This document shows positions 47,576 to 55,518 of a stretch of 64,000 nucleotides of DNA, in pieces. The stretch is taken from contig JBEKRL010000003.1 in NCBI GenBank assembly GCA_049518775.1, positions 737-64,736 on the forward strand, written 5' to 3'. The DNA is from Candidatus Dormibacteria bacterium. GTDB taxonomy: Bacteria; Chloroflexota; Dormibacteria; Aeolococcales; Bog-877. The notes under the pieces were generated by a model that was not told the DNA's origin, made no database searches, and saw nothing but the letters and a program-made list of their open reading frames with translations. The stretch's first letter is position 1. Every line of letters begins with the position of its first letter. Made by a program: the position numbers and the translations under genes.

Positions 47576-47932
47576 TCAGTGGCGGATCAGCCGCCGGCCC
47601 CCGGCGCTCGACGCCGCAACGTAGGGCATCCCGTAGTACTGGAAGAGCCTTGCCTCATCGTCGGGAGACAGGTCGCCACCCTGTTCCATGCTGGGCGCCC
47701 GGCTCACCTCCGCCTTCAGCCGGCCCACCTTGAGATAACTCTGGCCCACCGATGCCTGCTCGGTGGGAACGAAGGTGAGGTGGCGACCGAAAAGTCCGGT
47801 GTGGACGGTGACGAAGAGCGGCTCATCGCTCTCGGCGTCGAAGTACACATCCTCCAGCCGGCCGATCTCCTCACCGTCCGGATCGATAACATCCTTGCCC
47901 TCAAGTTCCCGGATGTTCTCAAGTCCGCTCAA
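47576..47932 (-). CDS. PRC-barrel domain protein
   Basis: LEGKDVIDPDGEEIGRLEDVYFDAESDEPLFVTVHTG pattern. TTG start with AAGGAGGA 6 nt upstream. Confidence 0.75.
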   Translation of the reverse strand: MSGLENIRELEGKDVIDPDGEEIGRLEDVYFDAESDEPLFVTVHTGLFGRHLTFVPTEQASVGQSYLKVGRLKAEVSRAPSMEQGGDLSPDDEARLFQYYGMPYVAASSAGGRRLIRH

Positions 47933-48288
47933 CGTCTTCCTCCTTCGGCCCGTCTCTGACGCTGCCCCAACACTACCCCGGCCAGGGCCCCAGCTGGGTC
48001 CCTGGCGGGAGCGGACGCACACTCGGGAGTCAGCCGTCCGCGCAGGGGCCGGGCCGAGCGCGCCACCTGGGCGGAGAAGCCCCTCGGTTGCCTCGGCTGG
48101 ACGGCCGTCCGAGGGCCCGTCTCTGCCGTCAGCGGCTCTCCAGGGCCGCAGGCCCGCCACATCTTCTGAGCCTTGGGCGGCCGCCAGCAGCGGGTCCCGC
48201 CCCCACCCAGCTGGCCAACCCCGAGTCACCACCGTCGAGCACACGACGCAGGTAGCTTCTCACCAGGCCACCCGGGCCGCGGTCTGGC

Positions 48289-48294
48289 TAGAAT
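48289..48294 (+). promoter_or_regulatory. -10 element TAGAAT for tRNA-Ser(GGA)
   Basis: TAGAAT lies 7 nt upstream of the mature 5' end. Confidence 0.45.
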
Positions 48295-48301
48295 CCGCCC
48301 G

Positions 48302-48389
48302 GGAGCGGTCGCCTAGTTGGCCGAGGGCGCGGCACTGGAAATGCCGTAAGGGGGCAACCCCTTCGAGGGTTCGAATCCCTCCCGCTCCG
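48302..48389 (+). tRNA. tRNA-Ser (anticodon GGA)
   Basis: Acceptor GGAGCGG/CCGCTCC, anticodon arm CGGCA-CTGGAAA-TGCCG, long variable arm, T arm GAGGG-TTCGAAT-CCCTC, discriminator G. CCA is not encoded. Confidence 0.9.
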
Positions 48390-48551
48390 CCCGGAGGCCG
48401 CTCTCGACCGGCCACGCCCGGCTCCGGCTGACACTGCGGTGCTGCCCTCGGGCATCCCCGCGCCCGCCCTCCGCGCGGCCGATCTAGCACCAGCGCCGAT
48501 GACCTGGGGCGAGCCGGGCCAAGCCGCGGTCCGGTTCTCTGGGAGTAGAAA

Positions 48552-49148
48552 GTGGCCGTGCCCGGGCTCCGTGCCAGCCGGACGCGGCAGAATGGGGACG
48601 TGGCAATCCTGGAGATGGACTTCAACCCGGTCGACTCGATCACCGCGGGAGTCGAGGGGGTCCCCGGGTCCCGGACGTTCTTCCTTGAGGCCAGGCAGGG
48701 GTCGCGCGCCTGCACCCTCCTGGTCGAGAAGGTCCAGCTCCAGGAGCTGGGTGGCCAGCTGCTCCAGATCCTCGGCCCCAGTCGACGACCGAGCGCGGCT
48801 CCCGAGCCCACCACCCGTCCCGGCGATCCCCCGGGCTGGCGGGTAGGCAATATCCAGGTGGCCCTGGACGAAGAGGCGGGCCAGTGCACCCTGCTCCTAG
48901 AGGAGCTGACAGAGCTTGATGACGACGAGGACGAGCCTGCACCCGACGAGCCCCCGGGGTCCGCCGGCAGGTCTGCCCCCGACCTCCGGGCGGTCCGGCT
49001 GGTAGCCAGCCTCCAGCAGATGCACGCACTGGCAGAGCGCGGACTGCGGGTGATCCAGGGAGGCCGTCCCATCTGCCCGCTCTGCCACCTCCCCATCGAC
49101 CCCCACGGTCACGTCTGCCCGGCCAGCAACGGGCACCACCGGGTCTGA
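48552..49148 (+). CDS. DUF3090-like protein
   Basis: PGSRTFFLEARQG near the N-terminus and a C-terminal Cys/His cluster RPICPLCHLPIDPHGHVCPASNGH. GTG 48552 has GGGAG 6 nt upstream; the alternative ATG is 48615. Confidence 0.7.
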   Translation: MAVPGLRASRTRQNGDVAILEMDFNPVDSITAGVEGVPGSRTFFLEARQGSRACTLLVEKVQLQELGGQLLQILGPSRRPSAAPEPTTRPGDPPGWRVGNIQVALDEEAGQCTLLLEELTELDDDEDEPAPDEPPGSAGRSAPDLRAVRLVASLQQMHALAERGLRVIQGGRPICPLCHLPIDPHGHVCPASNGHHRV

Positions 49149-49229
49149 GACAGGGCCTGTAGGATGGCAGGCCTGATCCCCCCCGAAAGGGACTGCAGAC
49201 CGAGAACTCACGGCACAGGAGCTGGGCAC

Positions 49230-49793
49230 ATGCGTCGAATGAGCGGTACCACCACCAGGCTGGCCGGAGCGCTTGCCCTCCTCCCCCTGGCGATCCTGGC
49301 AGCCGCCTGTGGCGCATCCTTCGACTCTGGGGTGGCGGCCCCAACCCCGACCCAGTCCGTCCCGGTGATCGTCGCTACCAGCCCCACCCCGACCCCCTCC
49401 GCCTCCACCTGCACGTCACCGGCGGCAGTGGCCACCTACCAGCTCCCAGGCGCCCAGACCCTGAGCGGGAACCTCCAGATCGAGGACGAGGTGGTCGGCA
49501 GTGGGAAGGAAGCCAAGGCCGGAGACACGGTCAAGGTCGACTACACCGGCTCCCTCCCTGACGGGAAGGTGTTCGACAGCAGCGTCGCCGACAACAGCGG
49601 CAATCCTGTCAGCCTCAAGTTGGCCGCCGGCTCGGTGATCCAGGGCTGGGTCGAGGGGATCCCGGGCATGCGGGTCGGGGGCACCAGGGAGCTGGTGATC
49701 CCGGCTGCGCTCGGCTACGGTTGCGAGGCGGTGAGTTCGATACCCGTCGACTCGACCCTGATCTTCAAGGTCACGCTAGTCGCAGTCAGCTGA
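49230..49793 (+). CDS. FKBP-type peptidyl-prolyl isomerase lipoprotein
   Basis: Lipobox LAAAC. FKBP core GDTVKVDYTGSLPDGKVFDSS ... VIQGWVEGIPGMRVGGTRELVIPAALGYG. Confidence 0.85.
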   Translation: MRRMSGTTTRLAGALALLPLAILAAACGASFDSGVAAPTPTQSVPVIVATSPTPTPSASTCTSPAAVATYQLPGAQTLSGNLQIEDEVVGSGKEAKAGDTVKVDYTGSLPDGKVFDSSVADNSGNPVSLKLAAGSVIQGWVEGIPGMRVGGTRELVIPAALGYGCEAVSSIPVDSTLIFKVTLVAVS

Positions 49794-50489
49794 GGGACGG
49801 TAGCCGGCCGGCAGCAGCGCCGCCACCCTTTCCCGGATCGCCGCCGTGGCCGCGGCCGGGTCCTTCCCCACGGTCTGAAACGTGTCCCCGAGGCGCACCG
49901 CGATCGGGCCCCGGCGGGGCAGCAGCTCCCCCTTGGGCAGCACCCGCTCGGTGCCCCAGATGGCGCAGGGGAGGACCTGGGCCTCCGATCGCACCGCCAG
50001 GTATCCGGCCCCCAGCTCGAAGGCTCGCATCCTTCCGTCCACCGAGCGGTGCCCCTCGGGGAAGACGATCAGTGCTCCGCCGCCTCGCAGCACCGCCAGG
50101 GCTCCTCGGATCGCCAGACGATCCGGCTCCCCCCGCCTCACCAGAATGCAGTTGCAGCGACTGAAGAATGCCCCGGCCAGGGGATTCCGAAAGAGCTCCT
50201 CCTTGGTCAGTGCGTGCACAACCCTGGGGATGGTGGCCGCGTACACCAAGGGATCAAAGTTGGAGAGGTGGTTGGAGCAGATCAGCAGGGGGCCTCTGGC
50301 AGGCAGGTTCTCCAGCCCTTGGAGATCCACGCCACCCCGGGCAGTGATGCGCACCACCACCCGGAGCACCGCCCTCGTCAGGACCAGCAGTCCCGACTCG
50401 GTGCCGTCGGGGCGGGCGCCCCTGGGCAACGCCGGCGCCCGCATCCGATTGGGGGCTTCGAATCTGGGCGGCCCGGCCTCCAACCCCAT
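49776..50489 (-). CDS. plsC: 1-acyl-sn-glycerol-3-phosphate acyltransferase
   Basis: NHLSNFD (HX4D) and FPEGHRS motifs. ATG 50489 has GGGAG 5 nt upstream. The 3' end overlaps the FKBP gene by 18 nt (convergent). Confidence 0.8.
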   Translation of the reverse strand: MGLEAGPPRFEAPNRMRAPALPRGARPDGTESGLLVLTRAVLRVVVRITARGGVDLQGLENLPARGPLLICSNHLSNFDPLVYAATIPRVVHALTKEELFRNPLAGAFFSRCNCILVRRGEPDRLAIRGALAVLRGGGALIVFPEGHRSVDGRMRAFELGAGYLAVRSEAQVLPCAIWGTERVLPKGELLPRRGPIAVRLGDTFQTVGKDPAAATAAIRERVAALLPAGYRPSADCD

Positions 50490-50521
50490 GCTCGCTCCCA
50501 TCTGATCAGCCTGCATGCCCC

Positions 50522-50595
50522 TGCCCCCTGGTGGACTCGAACCACCGACCGTCGCCTTAGAAGGGCGCCGCTCTGATCCACTGAGCTAAGGGGGC
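50522..50595 (-). tRNA. tRNA-Arg (anticodon TCT)
   Basis: Acceptor GCCCCCT/AGGGGGC, D arm GCTC/GAGC, anticodon loop CTTCTAA (one G-A mismatch at the top of the stem), T arm GGTGG-TTCGAGT-CCACC, discriminator A. CCA is not encoded. Confidence 0.85.
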
Positions 50596-50697
50596 TTGGC
50601 TGGGGTCATTCTGACGACTTCGGGCCAGGCTCCCGAGGCCGGCTCCCGAACGCAGGACCGATGGCGGCACCGGGACAGCGCCGCGGGGTCGATTTCG

Positions 50698-50703
50698 TAG
50701 GAT
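50698..50703 (+). promoter_or_regulatory. -10-like TAGGAT, 7 nt before GTG 50711 (leaderless candidate)
   Basis: TAGGAT-aggtgca-GTG. Confidence 0.35.
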
Positions 50704-50710
50704 AGGTGCA

Positions 50711-51376
50711 GTGAGAGGCTCTGGCGTCCGCGGGCCCGCCACCACCTGCTATCTGGCCCGGCACTGCGACGTCGCCAACCCCGGCCGGGTCATGTACGGT
50801 CATCTGCCCAACTTCCCGCTCAGCGCCAGGGGTCGGCAGCAGGCGGACGCCCTGGGCCACTACCTCTCCCACACCCGCATCCGGGCCATCTACACCAGCC
50901 CGCTCCAGCGGGCCCAGGAAACCGCGTCGCTGCTCGCCAGCGAGCTCTCCCCTCCCCCGCCGATCCTGGTCCGTCCCAACCTGGTCGAGGCTGAGTTCGG
51001 CCGCTATCTGCAGGGGACCAGGCAGCGCGACGTGGTCTGGCGCAAGCCCCGCTGGTGGCTCCACATGGCCTGGCCGGGGCTGGTCCCCGGGGACGAGTCC
51101 ATGTCCTCGATGGCGACGCGGGTGGGAGTGGCGATCCAGGAGGGGCTGCGCGATCACCCCGGGGCGGCCTTCCTCTGCGTCAGCCACGGTGACCCGATCC
51201 AGGCCTGGTGGGCGACCACCGAGGGACGATGGCCGTGGGCACTGCATCGGCTCCAGTGCGCCAAGGGGGGGATGCTCGAGCTGCGCTACCAGGGCGACCA
51301 GTTGGTCTCCAAGACCTACCTCTCGCCGGAACGGGTCGCCACCTCCGGACCGGCGCAGCCCAGCCCCGCCGGCTGA
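50711..51376 (+). CDS. histidine phosphatase family protein (phosphoglycerate-mutase-like)
   Basis: N-terminal LARHCDV (RH motif), LSARGRQQADALG, YTSPLQRAQETA, VSHGDPI. Confidence 0.75.
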   Translation: MRGSGVRGPATTCYLARHCDVANPGRVMYGHLPNFPLSARGRQQADALGHYLSHTRIRAIYTSPLQRAQETASLLASELSPPPPILVRPNLVEAEFGRYLQGTRQRDVVWRKPRWWLHMAWPGLVPGDESMSSMATRVGVAIQEGLRDHPGAAFLCVSHGDPIQAWWATTEGRWPWALHRLQCAKGGMLELRYQGDQLVSKTYLSPERVATSGPAQPSPAG

Positions 51377-51398
51377 CCGCGTCCCGGTCCCGTCGGCC

Positions 51399-54050
51399 TC
51401 AGTCGGAGCTCCTCACCTCGCCTTCCGGCCCCGGCGGGGATTCCCTGCGCCGCGCCGGTCGGAGGCGAAGCAGAGCACTCCGGATGGGGTCGAAGCGACG
51501 GTCCGCTACCCGCTCCTTGAGCGGGATGATCGCGTTGTCGGTGAGCTTGATGTGCTCGGGGCAGACCTCGGTGCAGCACTTGGTGATGTTGCAGAGCGCC
51601 ACCCCGGCCTCACCGCGCAACAGCGGAATCCGGTCGGCAACGTCCTTGGGGTGCATCTCCAGCGACGCAATCCGAACCATGAAACGGGGGCCGAAGAAGC
51701 GACTCTCGGCCTCATGTTCGCGCAGCACATGGCAGACGTCCTGGCAGAGGAAGCACTCGATGCAGCGGCGCTGCTCGCTCACCCGCTCGATGTCCCGCTG
51801 CTGAATGACGAAGGGGGCGTGCTCCCCCGGGGGCGGGGTGAACGGCTGGATCCGCCGGTTCACCTCGTAGTTCCAGCTCACGTCGGTGACCAGGTCTTCG
51901 ATCTTGGGGAACACCTGCATCGGCCTGACCAGCACCTCGGGGCCCATCTCTAGAAGCTGGTCGACCCTGGTCTTGCACATGAGCGATGGGCTCCCGTTGA
52001 TCTCGGCACCGCAGGACCCGCACTTGCCGGCCTTGCAGTTCCACCGGCAGGCCAGGTCGGAGGTGCCGTTGGCCTGGATCCAGTGGATCGCGTCCAGCAC
52101 CACCATGCCCTCGATCTGCGGGACCGTGAAGGCCTGCAAACCGCCGCTCCCGGAGTCCCCCCGCCAGACCCAGAACCTCACCCGGCGCTCGGTGCGGCCG
52201 TCGGCATACTCGATGCGCAGGCTCCGGGGCCGCTCATCATCAGCGGATACCTCCACCGCGGGGGCCGGCTGGCCCTTCAGCCGCGCCTGGATGCTGGCCT
52301 CGGCGGCGTCGGCGATGGCCGTGGCAGCCACCCTGGTCTCGCCCTCGGTCAGCTTGCGCAGGTGTTCGGGCATGGCCTCCAGCGGCTGCCGGACCACCCG
52401 CATGGCACCAGACCCGTCCCGGTGGACGATCAGGTTCACCCGGCCCAGCTCCTGGTCGCGGTCGGGGTAGTCGAGCCGCCACTGCGAACCCCGGCTCTCC
52501 CTCCGCTCCAGGGCCGACCTCACGATCGCCTCGCTGATGACCAGCATGAAGTGATCGTCCCGGGCACCGTTGAAGCCGGGGTTGTAGGCGGGGGTGCCCG
52601 GCACCCGGATCCGTCTGACCCGCTGCTGCAGTTGGAGGATCTCCTCCAGGGTGTCCTTGAGCGACTGCTCCGTCCGGGCGATCGCCGCCCCCGACTGCAT
52701 GGCGTCCTGCAGCTCCCGGTGCAGCTGGAAGGGGTCCTCACCCTGGCCGCCCGAGAGCGGCGCCAGCAGCACCTTCTCCTCCTCCTCCACCTGGGCCTGA
52801 CTGACCCGGGGCAGGCCGGCGCAGGTGCCGGCGTAGGCGGCAGCCGCCTCGCCAGCGCGCCGCCCGAAGACGAGGATGTCTCCCAGCGAGTTCCCGCCCA
52901 GACGGTTGGCTCCATGGAGACCGGCAGCCACCTCACCGGCGGCGTAGAGGCCGGGCACCGTGGTGGCCGCGGTCTCCGCCTCCACGTTCACCCCGCCCAT
53001 GGTGTAGTGAATGGTGGGCGCCACCTCCATCTGCTCCCTGGTGATGTCCACTCCCGCCAGGCTCTCAAACTGCTCGTACATCGATGGCAGCCGGCGCCTG
53101 ATGGCGTCCGCCCCCAGATGGGTCACGTCCAGGAAGACGCCTCCATGCGTTGAGCCCCGCCCGGCCTGGACCTCCTTGAAGATGGAGCGCGCCACCACGT
53201 CCCGCGAGGAGAGGTCCTTCTTCACCGGGTCGTAGCGGGCCATGAAGCGCTCGCCGAGGCGGTTGCGCAGGATCCCGCCCTCACCTCGGACCGCCTCGGT
53301 CACCAGGATCCCTCGGGCCCCCGGCGGCCAGACCATCCCGGTGGGGTGGAACTGGACGAACTCCATGTCCTTGAGCTCAGCCCCAGCCTCGTAGGCCATC
53401 GCGGCCCCGTCGCCGGTGCCCTCCCAGGAGTTGGAGGTGATGAGGAACATCCGCCCCCAGCCCCCCGTCGCCAGCACCACCGCCTTGGCCCGGATCAGCA
53501 CGAACTCCCCGGTGGCGCGGTCATAGCCGAAGGCGCCCGCGACCCGGTCGCCATCCTTGAGCAGGCGGGTCAAGGTGGTCTCCATGTGCACGGTGACCCC
53601 CTCGGTGTGGACCAGCCGGTCCTGGCAGGTGCGGATCAGCTCCAAACCGGTCCGGTCCCCGATGTGGGCCAGCCGGCGCCAGGAGTGGGCCCCGAAGGCG
53701 CGCTGGCTGATCCGCCCATCCGGGGTCCGGTCGAAGACCCCGCCCCACTGCTCCAGTTCGATCACCCGGTCGATCACCTCGTGGGTGTAGAGCTCGACCA
53801 TCCTCCAGTTGTTGAGCATTGCCCCACCCCTCAGGGTGTCACCGAAGTGGACCTCCCAGGAGTCCGCCTCATCGAGATTGCCCAGGGCCGCGGCGATGCC
53901 GCCCTCGGCCATCACGGTGTGGGCCTTGCCCAGCAGCGACTTGCAGACCACCCCCACCCGGCAGCCCTGCTCGGCAGCGGCGATCGCGGCCCGCATCCCG
54001 GCGCCGCCCGCCCCCAGGACCAGGACGTCGTAGTCAGTCTCGACGGTCAC
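51399..54050 (-). CDS. succinate dehydrogenase/fumarate reductase flavoprotein fused to the iron-sulfur subunit
   Basis: Residues 1 to about 570: DVLVLGAGGAGMRAA FAD fold, AHTVMAEGG, HPTG, RLGGNSL. Residues from about 623 to 883: three Cys clusters (CRWNCKAGKCGSC..C, CIECFLCQDVC, CNITKCCTEVCP). It is one uninterrupted 883-codon frame with a GTG start. Confidence 0.85.
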   Translation of the reverse strand: MTVETDYDVLVLGAGGAGMRAAIAAAEQGCRVGVVCKSLLGKAHTVMAEGGIAAALGNLDEADSWEVHFGDTLRGGAMLNNWRMVELYTHEVIDRVIELEQWGGVFDRTPDGRISQRAFGAHSWRRLAHIGDRTGLELIRTCQDRLVHTEGVTVHMETTLTRLLKDGDRVAGAFGYDRATGEFVLIRAKAVVLATGGWGRMFLITSNSWEGTGDGAAMAYEAGAELKDMEFVQFHPTGMVWPPGARGILVTEAVRGEGGILRNRLGERFMARYDPVKKDLSSRDVVARSIFKEVQAGRGSTHGGVFLDVTHLGADAIRRRLPSMYEQFESLAGVDITREQMEVAPTIHYTMGGVNVEAETAATTVPGLYAAGEVAAGLHGANRLGGNSLGDILVFGRRAGEAAAAYAGTCAGLPRVSQAQVEEEEKVLLAPLSGGQGEDPFQLHRELQDAMQSGAAIARTEQSLKDTLEEILQLQQRVRRIRVPGTPAYNPGFNGARDDHFMLVISEAIVRSALERRESRGSQWRLDYPDRDQELGRVNLIVHRDGSGAMRVVRQPLEAMPEHLRKLTEGETRVAATAIADAAEASIQARLKGQPAPAVEVSADDERPRSLRIEYADGRTERRVRFWVWRGDSGSGGLQAFTVPQIEGMVVLDAIHWIQANGTSDLACRWNCKAGKCGSCGAEINGSPSLMCKTRVDQLLEMGPEVLVRPMQVFPKIEDLVTDVSWNYEVNRRIQPFTPPPGEHAPFVIQQRDIERVSEQRRCIECFLCQDVCHVLREHEAESRFFGPRFMVRIASLEMHPKDVADRIPLLRGEAGVALCNITKCCTEVCPEHIKLTDNAIIPLKERVADRRFDPIRSALLRLRPARRRESPPGPEGEVRSSD

Positions 54051-54053
54051 GGC

Positions 54054-54836
54054 TCAGAAGCCCAGGTGGGGGTCGTGGATGACCCCAGACTGGAGCAGGC
54101 GAATGTAGCCGTCGGTGAGGATCAGGCTGAAGAGGCTGAGCCAGGCGAAGGCGGAGTGCCTGGCGTTCAGCCAGCTGGCCCCCTTCCAGACCTGGTGCCG
54201 CTGGACCCCGGCCAGGACACAGGAGAAGCAGTCCACCCCGCCTCCGACCAGGTGCCGGAGGGAGTGGCAGCCGAAGGTGTAGCCGGTGAGGAGCACCATG
54301 TTGACCACCATGAGGCCGGTGCCCAGCCCGAAACCCAGGTGGCCTTGGTAGTAGAAGGACCGAATGGCGTCGATCCAGAGCACCACCACGAAGCCCACCA
54401 CCAGGTACATGAAGAACCGATGGAGGTTGTTGAGCACGAAGGGAAGCCTCGACTCGCCCCGGTAGGAGGATCTCCGGCCGGTCGGGGACAGGGCGGCCAT
54501 CTGGGAGGGCTCGACTCGGGAACAGGCCGACGGGTCCCCGAAGAAGGACCGGTAGTAAGCCTTGCGGTAGTAGTAGCACGTGGCCCGGAACCCCAGCGGG
54601 ACGTAGAAGATGAACAGCGCGGGCGAGACCGGCGTCCGGCCCACCGCCACCTGGGGGGAGTAGAAGGGCGAGAGGTACTGGTGGAACTGGTCGGTGTGGA
54701 AGAAGACGATGGTCCAGAGGCTGTAGAGGCCGAAGAAGGTCAGCCAGACCACCACGTTGGCCGGGTATAGCCACCAGAGCCGCCTGCGTCGCAGCTGCAG
54801 GTCGACCGTCCGGCGTCCGAGCAGGCTCGCCGCCAT
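54054..54836 (-). CDS. putative Sdh/Frd membrane anchor subunit (mycobacterial Sdh1 Rv0249c-like)
   Basis: 5-6 TM segments and a CYYYRKAYYRSFF motif. It lies directly upstream of the flavoprotein gene (3-nt gap). The family call is from memory. Confidence 0.6.
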   Translation of the reverse strand: MAASLLGRRTVDLQLRRRRLWWLYPANVVVWLTFFGLYSLWTIVFFHTDQFHQYLSPFYSPQVAVGRTPVSPALFIFYVPLGFRATCYYYRKAYYRSFFGDPSACSRVEPSQMAALSPTGRRSSYRGESRLPFVLNNLHRFFMYLVVGFVVVLWIDAIRSFYYQGHLGFGLGTGLMVVNMVLLTGYTFGCHSLRHLVGGGVDCFSCVLAGVQRHQVWKGASWLNARHSAFAWLSLFSLILTDGYIRLLQSGVIHDPHLGF

Positions 54837-55108
54837 CAGCCCAGGACCGCGACGAGTTCACGGATCGAGTCCGCCGACCGCCCCAGCTCCTCTCGCTCGG
54901 CGGGTGTGAGCTCCACCTCGACCACCTCCACGACCCCTGCCGCTCCCAGCTTGACTGGCATCCCCATCACCACACCGTGGATCCTGTACTCCCCCACCAT
55001 CCGGACGGCACAGGTAAGGATCTGCCGCCGGTCCAAGAGGATCGCCTCCACCATCTGTACCGCAGCACCGAGGTGGCCAGCCCCTACGACCGAGACCCTC
55101 CGACTCAT
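54836..55108 (-). pseudogene. mdh: malate dehydrogenase remnant with a large in-frame internal deletion
   Basis: MSRRVSVVGAGHLGAA (Rossmann start) is joined directly to VQMVEAILLDRRQILTCAVRMVGEYRIHGVVMGMPVKLGAAGVVEVVEVELTPAEREEL, the last 75 aa of LDH-like MDH. GGGAGG SD is retained, and the stop overlaps the sdh anchor ATG (TGATG). Confidence 0.7.
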
Positions 55109-55518
55109 TGATCCTCCCATCGCTGGAGGCGACGCTCTCACCCCGAGTTGAGCGCCCCAATCATAGGCGGCGGGATCGACCGCGGCCCAAGCCTCCCGGG
55201 CGCTCAGGCGGACCTCGCCCATGGCGCCGCCGGCCAGCTCTGCCCGGACGACCAGGCGCCGCCGGACCTGGGGGTTCTGGGGTGACGGCAGCTCACGCTG
55301 GAGCGCCCGGCGGAACGAGGTCCGCTGGGCAGCGGACCTTCGGCGCCAGAGGCAGGGGGCAGCTGCTAGATCCCGAGGCTGCCCTCCACCAAGCTCGCTC
55401 AGCGGCCTCGCGGTTGGCTGCGTTCCGCCCAGCGGACCCCGGTCCTTGGACCGCGGCCACTCCCATCGGGCCCTCCGCCTACCGCCTCAACCCCCAGCCA
55501 CGAGCCTAGGTCCACCCC

